From positions 1 through 51,692 of the forward strand of contig JAHLFD010000245.1 in NCBI GenBank assembly GCA_018883975.1: DNA of 51,692 nt, given 5' to 3'. The position numbers were made by a program, and so were the translations under genes. Below are positions 51,573 through 51,692 of this stretch, in pieces; position 1 is the stretch's first letter; each line of letters starts with the position of its first letter. The DNA comes from Candidatus Niameybacter stercoravium. GTDB taxonomy: Bacteria; Bacillota; Clostridia; Lachnospirales; Cellulosilyticaceae. Below the pieces are notes generated by a model. The model searched no databases. It saw only the letters and a program-made list of their open reading frames with translations, and had not been told where the DNA came from.

Positions 51573-51692
51573 ATGATTGCACGTATTAAAGAAAAGGTCA
51601 AAAAGTACATAGAAGAACAAAAGCTCATTCAAAAAGGAGATACCATTATTGTGGGTGTATCTGGTGGAGCGGATTCTATGATGCTATTACAT
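51573..51692 (+). CDS. tilS: tRNA(Ile)-lysidine synthetase, 5' fragment (runs off the window; not in the ORF track)
   Basis: MIARIKEKVKKYIEEQKLIQKGDTIIVGVSGGADSMMLLH with PP-loop SGGADS; follows spoIIE. Confidence 0.9.
   Translation, partial: MIARIKEKVKKYIEEQKLIQKGDTIIVGVSGGADSMMLLH

Overview
AT-rich, core-genome segment of a spore-forming Clostridia-class (Lachnospirales-like, inferred from gene content and order) chromosome, probably fairly close to oriC. It carries the rpsF-ssb-rpsR / yybS-gdpP-rplI-dnaB block, pflB-pflA, a murC-dnaD-helicase loader unit divergent from purR, the purR-glgCD-spoVG-glmU-prs-pth-mfd-prsA-spoVT-mazG-hup-yabOPQ-divIC run, tRNA-Met and tRNA-Val, a small accessory block, spoIIE and the start of tilS. 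I see no mobile element, prophage, CRISPR array or defence system, and no convincing new multi-gene system. The oddities are mostly non-coding: (1) a tRNA with a Cys-type body but a GUA (Tyr) anticodon at the window start; (2) a dense DnaA-box cluster upstream of the dnaD-loader genes; (3) anti-Shine-Dalgarno hairpins overlapping the predicted promoters of yabP and spoIIE (weaker at cwlD), which could silence read-through transcripts; (4) a perfect palindrome in the pflB promoter spacer whose core recurs upstream of glgC. Protein-level oddities include a zinc-free S18, a FabX/UfaA-like flavoenzyme and a RacA-like protein. All calls come from reading motifs and synteny; no searches were run. 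Several start codons were moved from the ORF track to fit ribosome-binding sites.
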